Shown: positions 48,411-60,203 of the stretch, in pieces
Position numbering within the stretch: position 1 is the stretch's first letter
Layout of the letters: each line of letters opens with the position of its first letter
Origin: Antedon mediterranea
Lineage: Eukaryota; Animalia; Echinodermata
NCBI RefSeq assembly: GCF_964355755.1
Contig: NC_092673.1
Location: 8,680,001 to 8,744,000 of the forward strand
Reading direction: 5' to 3'
Length of the DNA: 64,000 nt
Made by a program: the position numbers and the translations under genes
Notes under the pieces: model-generated
Told to the model about the DNA's origin: nothing
What the model saw: the letters and a program-made list of their open reading frames with translations, nothing else
Database searches by the model: none

Positions 48411-48542
48411 CTAAAGCATATGCAGACGTGTTTGTAAGAATTCTTCCACAGTATCTGTGTTCCATTTCTCAATGCCGAGTGTTTCCTGAACTTTGTTGTT
48501 CTCATCATGGAATTTGATGACAGGATCAGCACCTTTTACATA
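48411..48542 (-). CDS. SELENOF: SELENOF last coding exon
   Basis: ttttgcag|TAT GTA AAA GGT GCT GAT CCT...CTT TAG; YVKGADP...KWNTDTVEEFL. Confidence 0.95.
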   Translation of the reverse strand, partial: YVKGADPVIKFHDENNKVQETLGIEKWNTDTVEEFLQTRLHML

Positions 48543-51500
48543 CTGCAAAAATAAAAAACAAATAACAAATATATACAAAAATGTGCAATATAAATCTATA
48601 TATTTCAGCAGTATAATACAATGGGATTCATCAAGTGCAGGTTTAATTGCACTTGAAAGTCACCTTGACCAAAATATTTCAGCAGTATAATACAATGGGA
48701 TTCATCAAGTGCAGGTTTAATTGCACTTGAAAGTCACCTTGACCAAAATATTTCAGCAGTATAATACAATGGGATTCATCAAGTGCAGGTTTAATTGCAC
48801 TTGAAAGTCACCTTGACCAAAATATTTCAGCAGTATAATACAATGGGATTCATCAAGTGCAGGTTTAATTGCACTTGAAAGTCACCTTAACCAAAATATT
48901 TCAGCAGTATAATACAATGGGATTCATCAAGTGCAGGTTTAATTGCACTTGAAAGTCACCTTGACCAAAATATTTCAGCAGTATAATACAATGGGATTCA
49001 TCAAGTGCAGGTTTAATTGCACTTCAAAGTCACCTTGACCAAAATATTTCAGCAGTATAATACAATGGGATTCATCAAGTGCAGGCTTAATTGCACTTGA
49101 AAGTCCTGACCAAACAGTTTTTAATAGATCAGTACATTCAAAACACTTACTTTGATCTTGAGATTTTGAAACTTTTTTAATTTATCACTCTTGATAAATG
49201 CTGAAAGTAAAATTGTTAAAATTTTAATATTTTGAATAAGAAAAATACAGGAACATACAACAGGATTTTTTTTTACACATAAAATCATAATGATCATTTA
49301 TAGTAAGTATTGTTGATATTAATGTAATACTAGCAGTAAACCCTTGCTTCGCAGTCTTTTTCTGCCTTAATATGTGGTTATATACTAATTTGCATGGGAT
49401 GAGTACTAAGTATAATAATAAAAGAAATTTAAAATAACAATTCAACAGAAGGCAAGGTCATTTGGCACCAGAAAGCATTAAGCATTGACAATAATATGAT
49501 TGAAAATGTTCATCTGGTTTGTAGATATAAAAAAAAAGAATATTGCCAAAATAACATTGACAATAATAATTCTAAAATAATAATACTGTAAACGGGTGCC
49601 AGTGTGTAGCAGAAACAAACTTGAAGAAAACTAAAAAACATTAGTTAAAGATATGAAGTGCATACAATGATTAAACTGTCTCTTTCTACACAACACAAAG
49701 TATTATTCTCAGTAAAACATGTATTTTACCAACATTCAGTTGTACAGTACGAATGTATGTTCAAAATTCTTGCGGCCCAGCTCACTGCGGTTTAAGAAGT
49801 ACTTTTGTCATCATGGGAAAATTCTTTTACAGTAATATTCGCTGTTGAGTTTAAACCAAACATTACTGCCAGGGATCTAAACAATAGGTACGCAATTCAT
49901 TTGCAACTATATTTAGAAGTTTACTGAAGTGCACTGTAGTATTGACATACGCTAATACAGCAAAAAGGTATGAATTATGTTCATAATCTAGTTTACAAAT
50001 TTTTTAATTTACGAATAACACTCGGTACTGAGGTGTACGTAAAATAGACTTTTACTGTACCTAACTTAATATTACCTTGGATCTGTGGAAATCTCCCCAA
50101 TTTTCATCCACACACTTCTAGAACTGCACTATGGTATTTCTGAAATGGAAAAGAACTACACATTATAAATCTATAAAATAAAACAGTTTGTTTACGGTAG
50201 TTAGTTTGAAGATTTAATTTTTACTTATTTTGTATTGATTCTTCAGTCTTGATTTTTGTTTGGTACACACCACACCTAACTTTTTAAAACACATCAATCA
50301 TGTGTCATCAAATGAAAATGGCATTTCCTAATGACATTAATGTTTCATCTTATTTTTCCATTTATTTGTCTAGGAGACCGTGAACCTCTATTACTCGTAA
50401 GCCAGAAGTCCCAGCTTAAAATTGGCAACAATAATATACAATATTGAATATTAATATTGGAATCAGTTGAGGCTAGGTTATATTGTTGTGAGGGCGTGTG
50501 ATGCAGTGTGTTAGGTTATATTGTTGTGAGGGCGTGTGATGCAGTGTGTTAGGTTATATTGTTGTGAGGGCGTGTGATGCAGTGTGTTAGGTTATATTGT
50601 TGTGAGGGCGTGTGATGCAGTGTGTTGAACGAAATTGTGAGTTCTAATTGCTTGCCACATTGCTTCTTGTATCCTTAAGCAAGACTCTTTACTTTATGTA
50701 CATTTGAAACTCCGGTGTATAAACACAATTGAGCTGATTACTAGCTGCATTATGGAGTATGTTTTTGATTTAAAAAATGACCGGTGTAATAATGTAAAGC
50801 ACTAAGAAATAAGCGCCATATAAGCAGGAGTATTATTTTTTATTATCAGTAAATGTAATTGACCTACAAGTTCATGAAGTTCTAGATATTTATCTTCTTC
50901 TGTATTGGTTAATTTCATAATATCGCATGCCATTCAGTTTAAAAGTTAATGGTCATTTTTATTGGTCATGTTGTGCAAGGTGAAGCTGGTGACGAAGTTG
51001 GAATAGTTTTTTGTAGTTTGTAGTCATTTAAAGACTTGAGGTATTTAACATAACATTTAATCCAACTCTTGAAAATATTCATAAAAATGTTTGTAACTAT
51101 ATACCTTTGAATCCGCTTCTTCATCCTGTTCACAGCATTCTCTACAGCTATCTAATACCTTATCAAGTTGAAATTCATTTAAGCTTTTACATGAACTGCA
51201 CAAAAGTGTTGATGAAAAACCTAAATCAGTGCATTTGTTTGAATCTATAACCTGATCACCAAAAACCTTTAAGAATGAAAATAATCTATGTTTTAGCAAG
51301 TTTAGCAATTAGATAGTTTGTGTAGCATTTTGCTACAACACTCTAGATAAAAATATTCTGCATCTTAAAATTGGAAAGCACCTTAATTTAAAGATCACAT
51401 GCATGAATTTCAGATATAATATTTTTTTTTGTACATAAACTAAAAATGTGTAAAACAGAAATCAAATAAAAAAACATAAATTTTTCTTAAAATGTTAAAA

Positions 51501-54500
51501 TACAAATTTATACAATACAAACTATTTTCATCAGTAGTTCAATTCAACATTTATTTAGACCAAAATCAAACATCAACATACATACATACATTGACTAAAC
51601 AAATAAAACAACAATAAAATATCTAAGGTTAGTTATTACATTTCCCATCCATTAGGGAACTGTACTTTAGACCTAATTTATTCACATACAGTAAAATTAA
51701 ATATTAAATTCACCAAACATAGTTTAGAAAAAGATATTAGGCCTAAACATTTCCTATACATTTTTTCACCAACATATCGGGTTAGGAGAAGGATCACCAG
51801 ACAACATGAATTTAATGGGTTTACGATGAAATCTGTTGCGTCTGAAATCGGTCGCGTTTGTAATCGGTCGCAATAAAATCAACTTCTGGTATTTTATATG
51901 GCGTGTCGCTAGAGCTATACTTTTGATGATATTGGTCGCGTTTGAAATTGGTCGCGCTATTTTGTATGGAGCGGGATGCATACTAGCGGAATATATATTT
52001 TCTTCGTTTATATAGATTTAATTGATTGATTTTAGGAACTAGATTATTTATGTGGACATTTTTTATTTGGTTAATAAATATTTATTATCAATCATTAAAT
52101 TAATTTTTTTTTTATTTCGCAGGTTTCGGAGAAGGACTGTCTTTTCAAAATGGCCATTTCTAAACATGTTTATATTAGGCATAATATTATATTAGGCATA
52201 CCGTATATTATATTAGGCATATAATAATTTACCTCTATATGTACTGTAATTAATATATTATATAGAAAATATGCAAACAATTACGTAAAAGAGAACAATT
52301 TATTTAAAAACCATAATTTTTACAATGTTGTATAGCCCGTAAAGCCAGCGTATCAATTTTTATACTATGCATACAGTGGCAGATTATATCATATCCATGT
52401 TGTTAACAACATACTATTCGATCACATTATTTAATTTCTATTTTATTTATATCCATTATGTAGGATAATATTAAGTGTATAATGATTATTGTTTAGGCAA
52501 ATCATGTGTATATTTTTATTTCTAATGTTTAAAATACATGATTGTGCAGCTGTTTCCTTTAACAATACGTTAATTTGCTGACGAGGTTTCCCCTTTTTAA
52601 AATACACGCACTTGTTAGTGTCAAATCATGGACAAAACATGTGCGATCGTTGTCCATGGCCAGGTAAAGATGACGTCTATTACTAATAACCATAAAACAT
52701 AAAACATAGGGGCCTCTTGCACGCGTTTTTGTGAAACGACGTATATAATGTACGTATACGTCAGCGATACTATAGATTTTAATTCAAATATCTTTTATTT
52801 CTTCATTTATAATAATCATTTAATGTAAATAATTAAGTAAGTGCAACTCGGTGTCTCACATCCATACGCCGTCCGTAAATCTAAATACTCTTTAAATATC
52901 AGTACAGATTACCTCTTTGAGAATCGTGTCCACCTTTATTATCCATACATTATTCTCACATCTATCATCACAGTCCTACTGTAGGGCCGGTAGATTGAAT
53001 AACGGCATATTATCTATATATTTTATATTCCTAAAACCATGCTCACGTCAGAGTGGCGGATATTGAATGCAAAAATTATTATCAAGCATCATCTTCCTTT
53101 ATTGCATAAACCTCAAGCTGGTATCCACTTGCAGATAGAACGAGTTTCGTAATTAACTGTGATTAAAAAATACGCAATAGGCTACCTATTAAATTATCAT
53201 TTATTATTTTAAAATCGATTTTCTAGGGTCTGTTTCTGCTGCATAACGCATTTTAACCGGTTATTTTTAAATAGATTAAAAATAAATAACAATAACAATA
53301 ACAAGACCGCGTTTCTGCTCAATTTGTGCTCCGAAATAACCGGTTAAATCTATGGGTGGTCGTCGAGCAAAACGTCATCATTACCCAAAATGCAATACAC
53401 TCAGACGGAAGTAGTAAGTTGGCTGTTTGTTTACATCGACGTCAGTACACGGTGTACACACGTGTGTGATATCGCCATCTTAAACATGTTAACATAATAA
53501 AATGTTGTCTCCAGGTCTACAAGTTTTGTTTTTTGTAAAGCCTACTTACCATCGGTAATAAAATTAATTCTCATGGCGCCTTCAATAACATGGGGAGGGT
53601 CGTGCAGCGCCCAATCGCCTAGGATAATTTTTATATCTAGCCTAATTCCTGCCATATGACACACGGCCCTTCCCACGTGAACGACTGTTGTCTTTCGCGA
53701 GCGCGGTCCTACAAAAAACTAAACGGAAACAAAAACGAGACTTAGAATGTTGCAATACCTACCAAACGAGAGTAGATAATTGTTAATTAATTATGAAACC
53801 CTACCTTTTATAGCAAAAATCGTCCGAATTTATGTTAAAAACGACGAGTTTAGCCACAAAACCTTAATCAAACGAGAGTATCCAAGTCATAGAATATCGC
53901 ACGCACATAGTGCCTTTAATAGAATAATGAGTATTAAACATTGTTTCGTATATTTATGTACTAACATAAATAATAACACATTTCTATGCTTAATAAAATC
54001 ATATTTAATATATTATCAAAGGCTCTTATAACCTTTGTTTTCGGTCGATATGATGTTTTTCTAAAAAAATGATATGTAAAACGATCAAAGTAAGATTGTT
54101 CATTGTTCTCGTATTAAGGGCGTGCCATAAATACGCTCATTTGGATTAAGTTTTTGTTGCTAAATTCATCGTTTATAACATAAATTCGGATGATTTTTGC
54201 TATAAAATTTGGGTTTTCATAATTAATTAACCATTATCTACTCTCGTTTGGTAGGTATTTGCAACATTCTGAGTCCCTTTTGTTTCGGTTTTGGTGTTTA
54301 TATAGGACCATCCATACCCTTCGCGAGCGTGTACTAACGCCTCAAATTGCTTAGCTTGGGTAGTCCCCGGAACTCCACCCCAAATTCCTCTTTTACTTTC
54401 GCAAAAATGCTCTTATTTATTATCTGTGATTCTTTTCTATTGCCTGCCATCCTTCCCCGTACTTTCTCTCCCCCCACAACTGAATAACATATCTTGTGAT

Positions 54501-56977
54501 TTCATTCATCCACATACATGTTCACTTCTTCGTTCGACTGTCAAAACCACGAGGAAAACACACATCGTATGCGACGGTATCTGACCCGGGGTCACAACTG
54601 TCAATCAAATAACCGTTATTTCGTGTTGCAGCTAAGAATTGCTCAGCGATAACCGGTTAAACGGCGTTCTAACACCGATTTAAATTGGTGTTTTTAACCG
54701 GTTATTTTGCGCTGCCTTTTAACCGGTTACCACGAATTTGTCCTGTTTCTGCTGCCAAGAAAATGGAGTTAATTTCTTCACACCGATTTTAATTTATTCA
54801 CACCGATTTTAAGCGGTTATTTTGTATGCAGCAGAAACAGGCCCTAAAAGAACACATTACAATTCATTAAAACCTGTAAGGTAAAATGAAAACACAAAAT
54901 ATTTATAAATAATGAGATAAATATTTATATTTACTGTACCGGTACTTGAAAAATAACGATCGAGGTTTTAAAAAAATGTCAAATAGTAGGCCTGGCCTAT
55001 TAATATTAGAAATTCTAATATTCAAAATTAACTAAAAACATAATGAGAATTTTCATTAAAAACGTATCTAATGCGCCATATACATATTAGCGCGACCAAA
55101 ATAAAATGCGGCCGATATCAAACGTAACTATATAATAAAAAATCGTATCTAGCGACGCTCCATACAAAATACCGGATGTTGATTTTATCACGACCGATTT
55201 CTAACGTGACAGATTTCAAGCGCGAACGATTATACCCGACACCATTTAATAAATGTGCCTACCACCTACCCTTTAGAATGATCGCTAATAAATTTATTAT
55301 TATTGGCATCCATGTATCACCCACTAACATGGTTAATGTTGCATTAGACTTGTTATGTTTAGTGGGTGATACAGGGTAGTAGGGGGCTCCTAAATACGCC
55401 GCTAAATACTAAACCGTCTTGGCCAAAGTCAAGTCGGCCTGAATGAAGTCAAGTCGGCCTGAAGTCAACTTGAACTCAAGTCAACTCGTTTTTGTCCATG
55501 AAAATAAGTGTTTTTTTTTAAATGGGGTATCCCTACTAGGCCAACTTTTGGCGCTACTGCAGTTTCGCACCACACAGTTGTATCTTCGATTTCTCACCTA
55601 AACTTTCCTTTTTCACACTTACAACATAATATTATGTAACATGTTTATACGTTTCGACCACTTACGAAGTAATTTTTTTTAAATAACAATACTTTTCAAA
55701 ACATCAAAACAATACTGAACTCGCTGTCAACACACTGCGAAATGTTCGCCATCTTATATTTATCACTTAATTGCCAGAATGTATGCTTCATTTTCACCCC
55801 AAAAATGTAGAAACTATAGAGGGCAGTGTTATAAAATCCGATTACACATATATATGCCTATTTAGTTTTGAAAGGCAAGAAATGTTTTCAGCTGGCGAAA
55901 TAGAGGTTAAATTAATATCTCATTATTAATTAAATTAGTATTATTATTCATATATTATTAATAGTTCTTATCAATGTTTTATGTACGGACTTGTATCGTC
56001 GCCGTTTTGATATGTTCAGCTGGTTCTTTATAAAAACCACCACTCTTTGCAGTTTAAAAATAAAAACAGAAAATAAAACATGCATTGATTTCTGGCAATT
56101 TTTCACGCTGCTGCTCTAGCCCGCTACGTCACACGAGATGACTCATTCATTAGATGAAATCAAGCAGCTTTATAGTACTACACTTTGACATTTTTGTTAA
56201 AATGGAAACTCCACTATAATTTATTGGTACCACCTGTTGAATCCAAAAACGGCTGAGAAAAGAGTCTAACGACAAATCCCAAAGCATTCTGGTATTTATG
56301 AGTCCCATGATATAATTCGCTGTCAGATAATCATTGAATTATTATCAAAACAGTCCATTGAAGTTTTTGTTTGTAATAGGATACTTGAAGTATCTAGGCG
56401 TGATGTAGTGACCCCCAGACTTGACCTTAGCAATAACAATAAGCGAGCAGCGTTTTTTGTAAGAAATATTCTTGTTTATTCTAAAATGGCCACAGTTCGA
56501 TCGAAGTATTCGCGGAAAAGGAGCTGTTTTGAAAGGCATTTTTTATTGTGATAAAGGTAATATAACGGTGGCTAAATCATGGGAACATGTTACATAATGG
56601 CCCAAAATTGTATGATGTGGGCGTGAGAAAAAAATTAAGCAAGAAATCGAAGATATAACAGTGTGGTGCGAAACTGCAGTAGCGCCCTACTTTTTTTAGT
56701 ATTTAGAATAGGCCTAGCCTAGTAGGCTTGGGAACGTCCTATAGAGGCCTAGGCTAGCTAGCTAGCCTAGCTAGCTACGCCTAGGCCCTAGCTAGCTAGG
56801 CCTAGGCCTAGGCCTAGCCCTACTAGCTAGGCTAGCTAGGCCTTAGATTATATTATATATTATATATATATATTATAATCAATAATAAAATGCACATGTA
56901 ACATATATAATTTAATTGATGCTTACGTTGGCTGATAGAACAGCCAGATATGACAGAAACTTTACAAAACTCGGCAT
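48411..56977 (-). CDS. SELENOF: Selenoprotein F (Sep15), 152 aa; complement(join(48411..48542,49151..49200,50076..50139,51105..51266,56927..56977)); Sec at 50104-50106
   Basis: Spliced translation MPSFVKFLSYLAVLSAN|VFGDQVIDSNKCTDLGFSSTLLCSSC...CRECCEQDEEADSK|KYHSAVLEVCGUKLGRFPQIQ|AFIKSDKLKKFQNLKIK|YVKGADPVIKFHDENNKVQETLGIEKWNTDTVEEFLQTRLHML. It has the Cys-rich domain and the LEVCGUKLGRFPQ signature of SELENOF; all junctions are GT-AG and in phase; a SECIS lies downstream. Confidence 0.96.
48600..49114. repeat. Minisatellite, 74-bp unit x 7, each with a 9-bp hairpin, in SELENOF intron 4
   Basis: Unit ATATTTCAGCAGTATAATACAATGGGATTCA TCAAGTGCA GGTTTAAT TGCACTTGA AAGTCACCTTGACCAAA; copies nearly identical. 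Confidence 0.95.
49151..49200 (-). CDS. SELENOF: SELENOF exon 4
   Basis: ctttcag|CA TTT ATC AAG AGT GAT...ATC AAA|gtaagt; AFIKSDKLKKFQNLKIK. Confidence 0.94.
50076..50139 (-). CDS. SELENOF: SELENOF exon 3 containing the Sec UGA
   Basis: tttcag|AAA TAC...GTG TGT GGA TGA AAA TTG GGG AGA TTT CCA CAG ATC CAA G|gtaat. Confidence 0.96.
50474..50626. repeat. Minisatellite, 38-bp unit x 4
   Basis: TAGGTTATATTGTTGTGAGGGCGTGTGATGCAGTGTGT repeated head to tail. Confidence 0.95.
50627..50845 (+). mobile_element. SINE-like remnant with L2-type tail
   Basis: GTATCCTTAAGCAAGACTCTTTAC core-like motif and TGTAAAGCAC...AAGCGCCATATAAG...TATTATT tail. Confidence 0.45.
51105..51266 (-). CDS. SELENOF: SELENOF exon 2 (Cys-rich domain)
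   Basis: ttcttaaag|GTT TTT GGT...TCA AAG|gtat; CTDLGFSSTLLCSSC...CRECC. Confidence 0.95.
53226..54844. mobile_element. Harbinger-like TIR element (middle layer)
   Basis: GGGTCTGTTTCTGCTGCATA / TATGCAGCAGAAACAGGCCC, repeated TAACCGGTTA subterminal palindromes, flanks CTA / TAA. Confidence 0.75.
53705..54309. mobile_element. Foldback MITE with inverted arms of about 175 bp (inner layer)
   Basis: 53705-53881 is reverse-complement similar to 54131-54309, e.g. TACCTACCAAACGAGAGTAGATAAT / ATTATCTACTCTCGTTTGGTAGGTA. Confidence 0.85.
55550..56686. mobile_element. TIR element, Merlin-like (GG ends, about 8-bp TSD)
   Basis: About 45-bp TIR GGCGCTACTGCAGTTTCGCACCACAC...TCTTCGATTTCT; flanks CAACTTTT / CTACTTTT. 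Confidence 0.75.
56709..56845. repeat. CTAG/AGGCCT low-complexity palindromic tract next to SELENOF exon 1
   Basis: Sequence built almost wholly of TAGGCC, CTAG and GCTA units. Confidence 0.85.
56927..56977 (-). CDS. SELENOF: SELENOF coding exon 1 (signal peptide)
   Basis: aaaATG CCG AGT...GCC AAC|gtaagc; hydrophobic 17 aa, phase 0, joins VFG-DQ giving a plausible signal peptidase site. Confidence 0.8.
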
Positions 56978-58171
56978 TTTACGTTGTATACACAAGCCTT
57001 TATATAGGCCTAGCAAGCTAGCCAGAGCGAGGAAGTCGAGGGTACGTGTCTTTTCCGTCCAGGTGTCGTCGTGGTTGTATGAAACGCCGTTAGTGCCTCT
57101 TGGGATCAGTTTTATTAGGCACTTTTCTGTTTTTTAACATGACAGACAACAATTAATATTGATATTGTAGTCCCTGGTTTTTACGAAATCAATTCAGCTG
57201 AATCGCCGTCAACGAGTATGTTTCAGCATGGTCAACCACTAGGCTTAGATAGTAGTTAGACAGTGTGTACCACGCTCGGGGAAATCGTTTAAAGATATAT
57301 TGTCCCCTGACATTATTGTAGGCCTATGTGGTCGTCAATAACTAATTATCACTATCTTAATTATTATAACATAGGAGGTGGTTAATATCAATACTGAAAG
57401 TATACCAAACTTACTATCTATATACCATGAGTAAAGATTCTAGATTCTACGCGCGATTTACCGAATTTTGTCTTTACGTAAATTTATTTATGGATTGTAA
57501 ATAATCATTCTAATTCTATATTAAAAATGTTAAACAATGCTTTTGAAATAATTAAACAATATTTCTGTATTCAAATATTATGTCTTATTGTTTCAACTGT
57601 AACTACGTCACGTCAATTTCCCTTCTTGCGCCTCTGAAACTCTCAATTGAAAGATTTCTATGCATACTTCCTTGATATGTGAATGTGATCCCAGTCCACT
57701 GAGATTGCTCAACTCATTATCATTTCCTGTTAAATGTTTAAAAGACACCAAAGAGTATCTGTTATTAGATTTCCCGGCCTAGATGCGACTTTGGCTGCAC
57801 CTAAACTTTTTCGTTTCCCTATAAAATTAATTCTCCATTATACGAATAAACTACCGGTAAGTATCTAACTTTCATTGTCATATTTTATTGTGACTCTTTA
57901 AATACTCAGTCGTCACACGTACGTGACACCGTTTACCTTTAATCATGAAGCACTCCAGTAACTAGGGGTTACCCCGATGTACAAGTACATCATCATCACA
58001 GTCAATGAACATAACTGGGCCTTCTGGGAGACCAGTCTTTGACTGAAGAGGTCGTCCAGTATAAATAAAAATATAATCCAAAGGCAAATTACTGAAAAAT
58101 GACAATGCTGTGGGTATCCGGTTGCTGGATCTCAATGGAGATACAAACAAGCTAAATCAAAACAGCTTTCA

Positions 58172-60203
58172 GGCCTATACAGTGCTTATCGTTTTGGTTG
58201 TGGATATGCTATTATCATGGTACTCGTAGATAGTGCTACACAACTACATGCACAAACTGCAAACTTACAGAGAATGGAGTTCAACTTATGGATTTTTGTG
58301 ACTGCTTTTATGTATGGGCTAGGTTCGTTCTTTATTGGTGTACTTATTGCCGGAGGTGGTAGGACTGGTATCTGTTTAGCTTTGTGCTGCATGGTACATC
58401 CAATCCATACCCCTATTTCACTATGAAAAGTTATATATGTTTATTTCTAATCTAAAATATTTGGAGTTTTTGATTTATGCAGTTATTATTATGGTTATGT
58501 TTAGGATTATTTACACTAAAATAATATTCAATAAGGCGCAGGTTCATTATTGTGTTAATACTTATTGTTGTTTATAACGGCAGCTAAATATTTTGAAAGA
58601 AATTCTTTTGTTGACATATTTACATTATTTTGCCTTTCTACAATTATCTTTTTCGTATTGCTTGGTTCTATATTCGGAAGGCAACTTGCGGCTTTTGGGT
58701 GTGTACCTGAAGGTTATTACGTCGTAAAGAAATTTGTTGGATTTATAACTGGGGTATGTTTAACAAAAATGTGCGGTTGGGAATTTGTAAATGTCAACAA
58801 TCTTATTTTACTAGACAAAAACTTTCTATTACAAGATATTTGATTGAATTGTTTTTCTTTTTGGCACCAATTATTGGGTTTGTTATCGGCTATGCATGCC
58901 GATGTTGACAATGTCGTAGTATTTCTTGTAGGTACAAGGCGAGAAAATACATGTGATACAAACTTGTTTCCAGCTTTTGAAAAATTGTTAAATGCACATA
59001 TTTACAAAAGGTTTTCAAGATTGCTTGCCTTTCATCCAAATGGTGGACTCTGTTTTTTTTATTAAAAACGCTCTCAGTGATGATAAAGAGTGTAACCTAT
59101 TACGAGGAATTCAATGAATTATTTTTTGTTAAATATCTTTTATTTAAGGAAATACTAAATGGATTTTGCTCAAAAAATTGTGTTATTACAAGTATAAACG
59201 ATATTGAAAAGGAAATAATTTCAAAAAGCAAAACATTTTTAAAATATGAGCTGCGTACACTTCTGAATTTTTTTGAAAAATCTGGAGATATTATATACAA
59301 CGAACACGATGAATGGCTTCAAAACTATATTGTTTGTGATCTGTACTAACAGACATTTTGAAATTACTAGTAAATGTGCCAGAACCACATAAAAGAAATA
59401 GAACTGTATCTGATCTTTGGCAGAGATTGCTGGAAACCGGAATTATTGACAGTAGATTAGTGGAACATATTTGTTGAATGAAAGGAATTTGGAGAGTTTA
59501 TCCTTATGTGATTCGTTTTTTGGTTGGAACACATCTACTTTTTCCACTTACAATTACTAATGAAATTGATTAAGCTGGGACGATTGATTGCAGCCGATTG
59601 CCGAGAACTGATTTACAAACTAGTAAATCAGCTGTTGACATCAATGAAATATTTTATTTTGATTTTCGAGAAATAATACTTGAATTTATCTTTCTTTGTC
59701 TTATTTCCAAATGTTGCAAGAAGTTTAATTGGATTAATATCTACTATAATGCTGCAAAATTTAGACCAAGTGAATCATGTCTCTTTCAAATAAACACAGA
59801 AACAATTTCTGCTGGCAGCATTTTCTTTTATGATAAAAATCTCATCAAACTTTCAGTTATTAAGGTAAACCCGAATCAATCTGTAAATATTCTACACCAA
59901 ATTACTACTTTCATAGAAGAAATTGTTCAACAGACTTTCAGTTCTGATTACGTTCATGAGCAGTTTGTTTGTGGTCCAGTGTGTGACAGATGTAGTTTAG
60001 ATGGTATATTGTTTTTGGTGAACATCGTTACTATTATTAAGGACGTCTCTGCAATTGACGAATATAGAGCAGATGATTACCACACGATTTCATTTAAATC
60101 AATGGGTGTTTGTGAGGTGATAGAGAATATACATAGGTTATACATAGAGGATATACATAGGTTAAAAACGTATTTAGGCATAAATAATAATAGTAAAGCA
60201 TAA
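58172..60203 (+). pseudogene. Degraded intronless gene: hydrophobic helices followed by Roc-end/COR-like domain
   Basis: Collinear broken frames: TM-like FNLWIFVTAFMYGLGSFFIGVLIA and IFTLFCLSTIIFFVLLGSIF; G4-like VVVFLVGTRRE; COR-like LRTLLNFFEKSGDIIYNEHDEWLQNYIVCD and LWQRLLETGII; many stops and frameshifts; no P-loop found. Confidence 0.5.

Larger units (their letters stand above)
51817..55243. mobile_element. Outer long-TIR element (ISL2EU-like, AT flanks) in SELENOF intron 1
   Basis: Imperfect inverted repeats of about 150 bp (51817-51970 vs 55075-55243) rich in GGTCGCG/CGCGACC; GG...CC ends with AT on both sides. Confidence 0.6.

Noticed and set aside
53545-53592. Minus-strand ATG...GTAAGT as SELENOF exon 1
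   Set aside because: Wrong phase or in-frame stop, no signal peptide and inside a TIR element; 56927-56977 fits better.
58172-60203. Stop-codon recoding in the Roc/COR-like region
   Set aside because: Stops are a mix of TAA, TAG and TGA and come with frameshifts, consistent with decay rather than Sec insertion.
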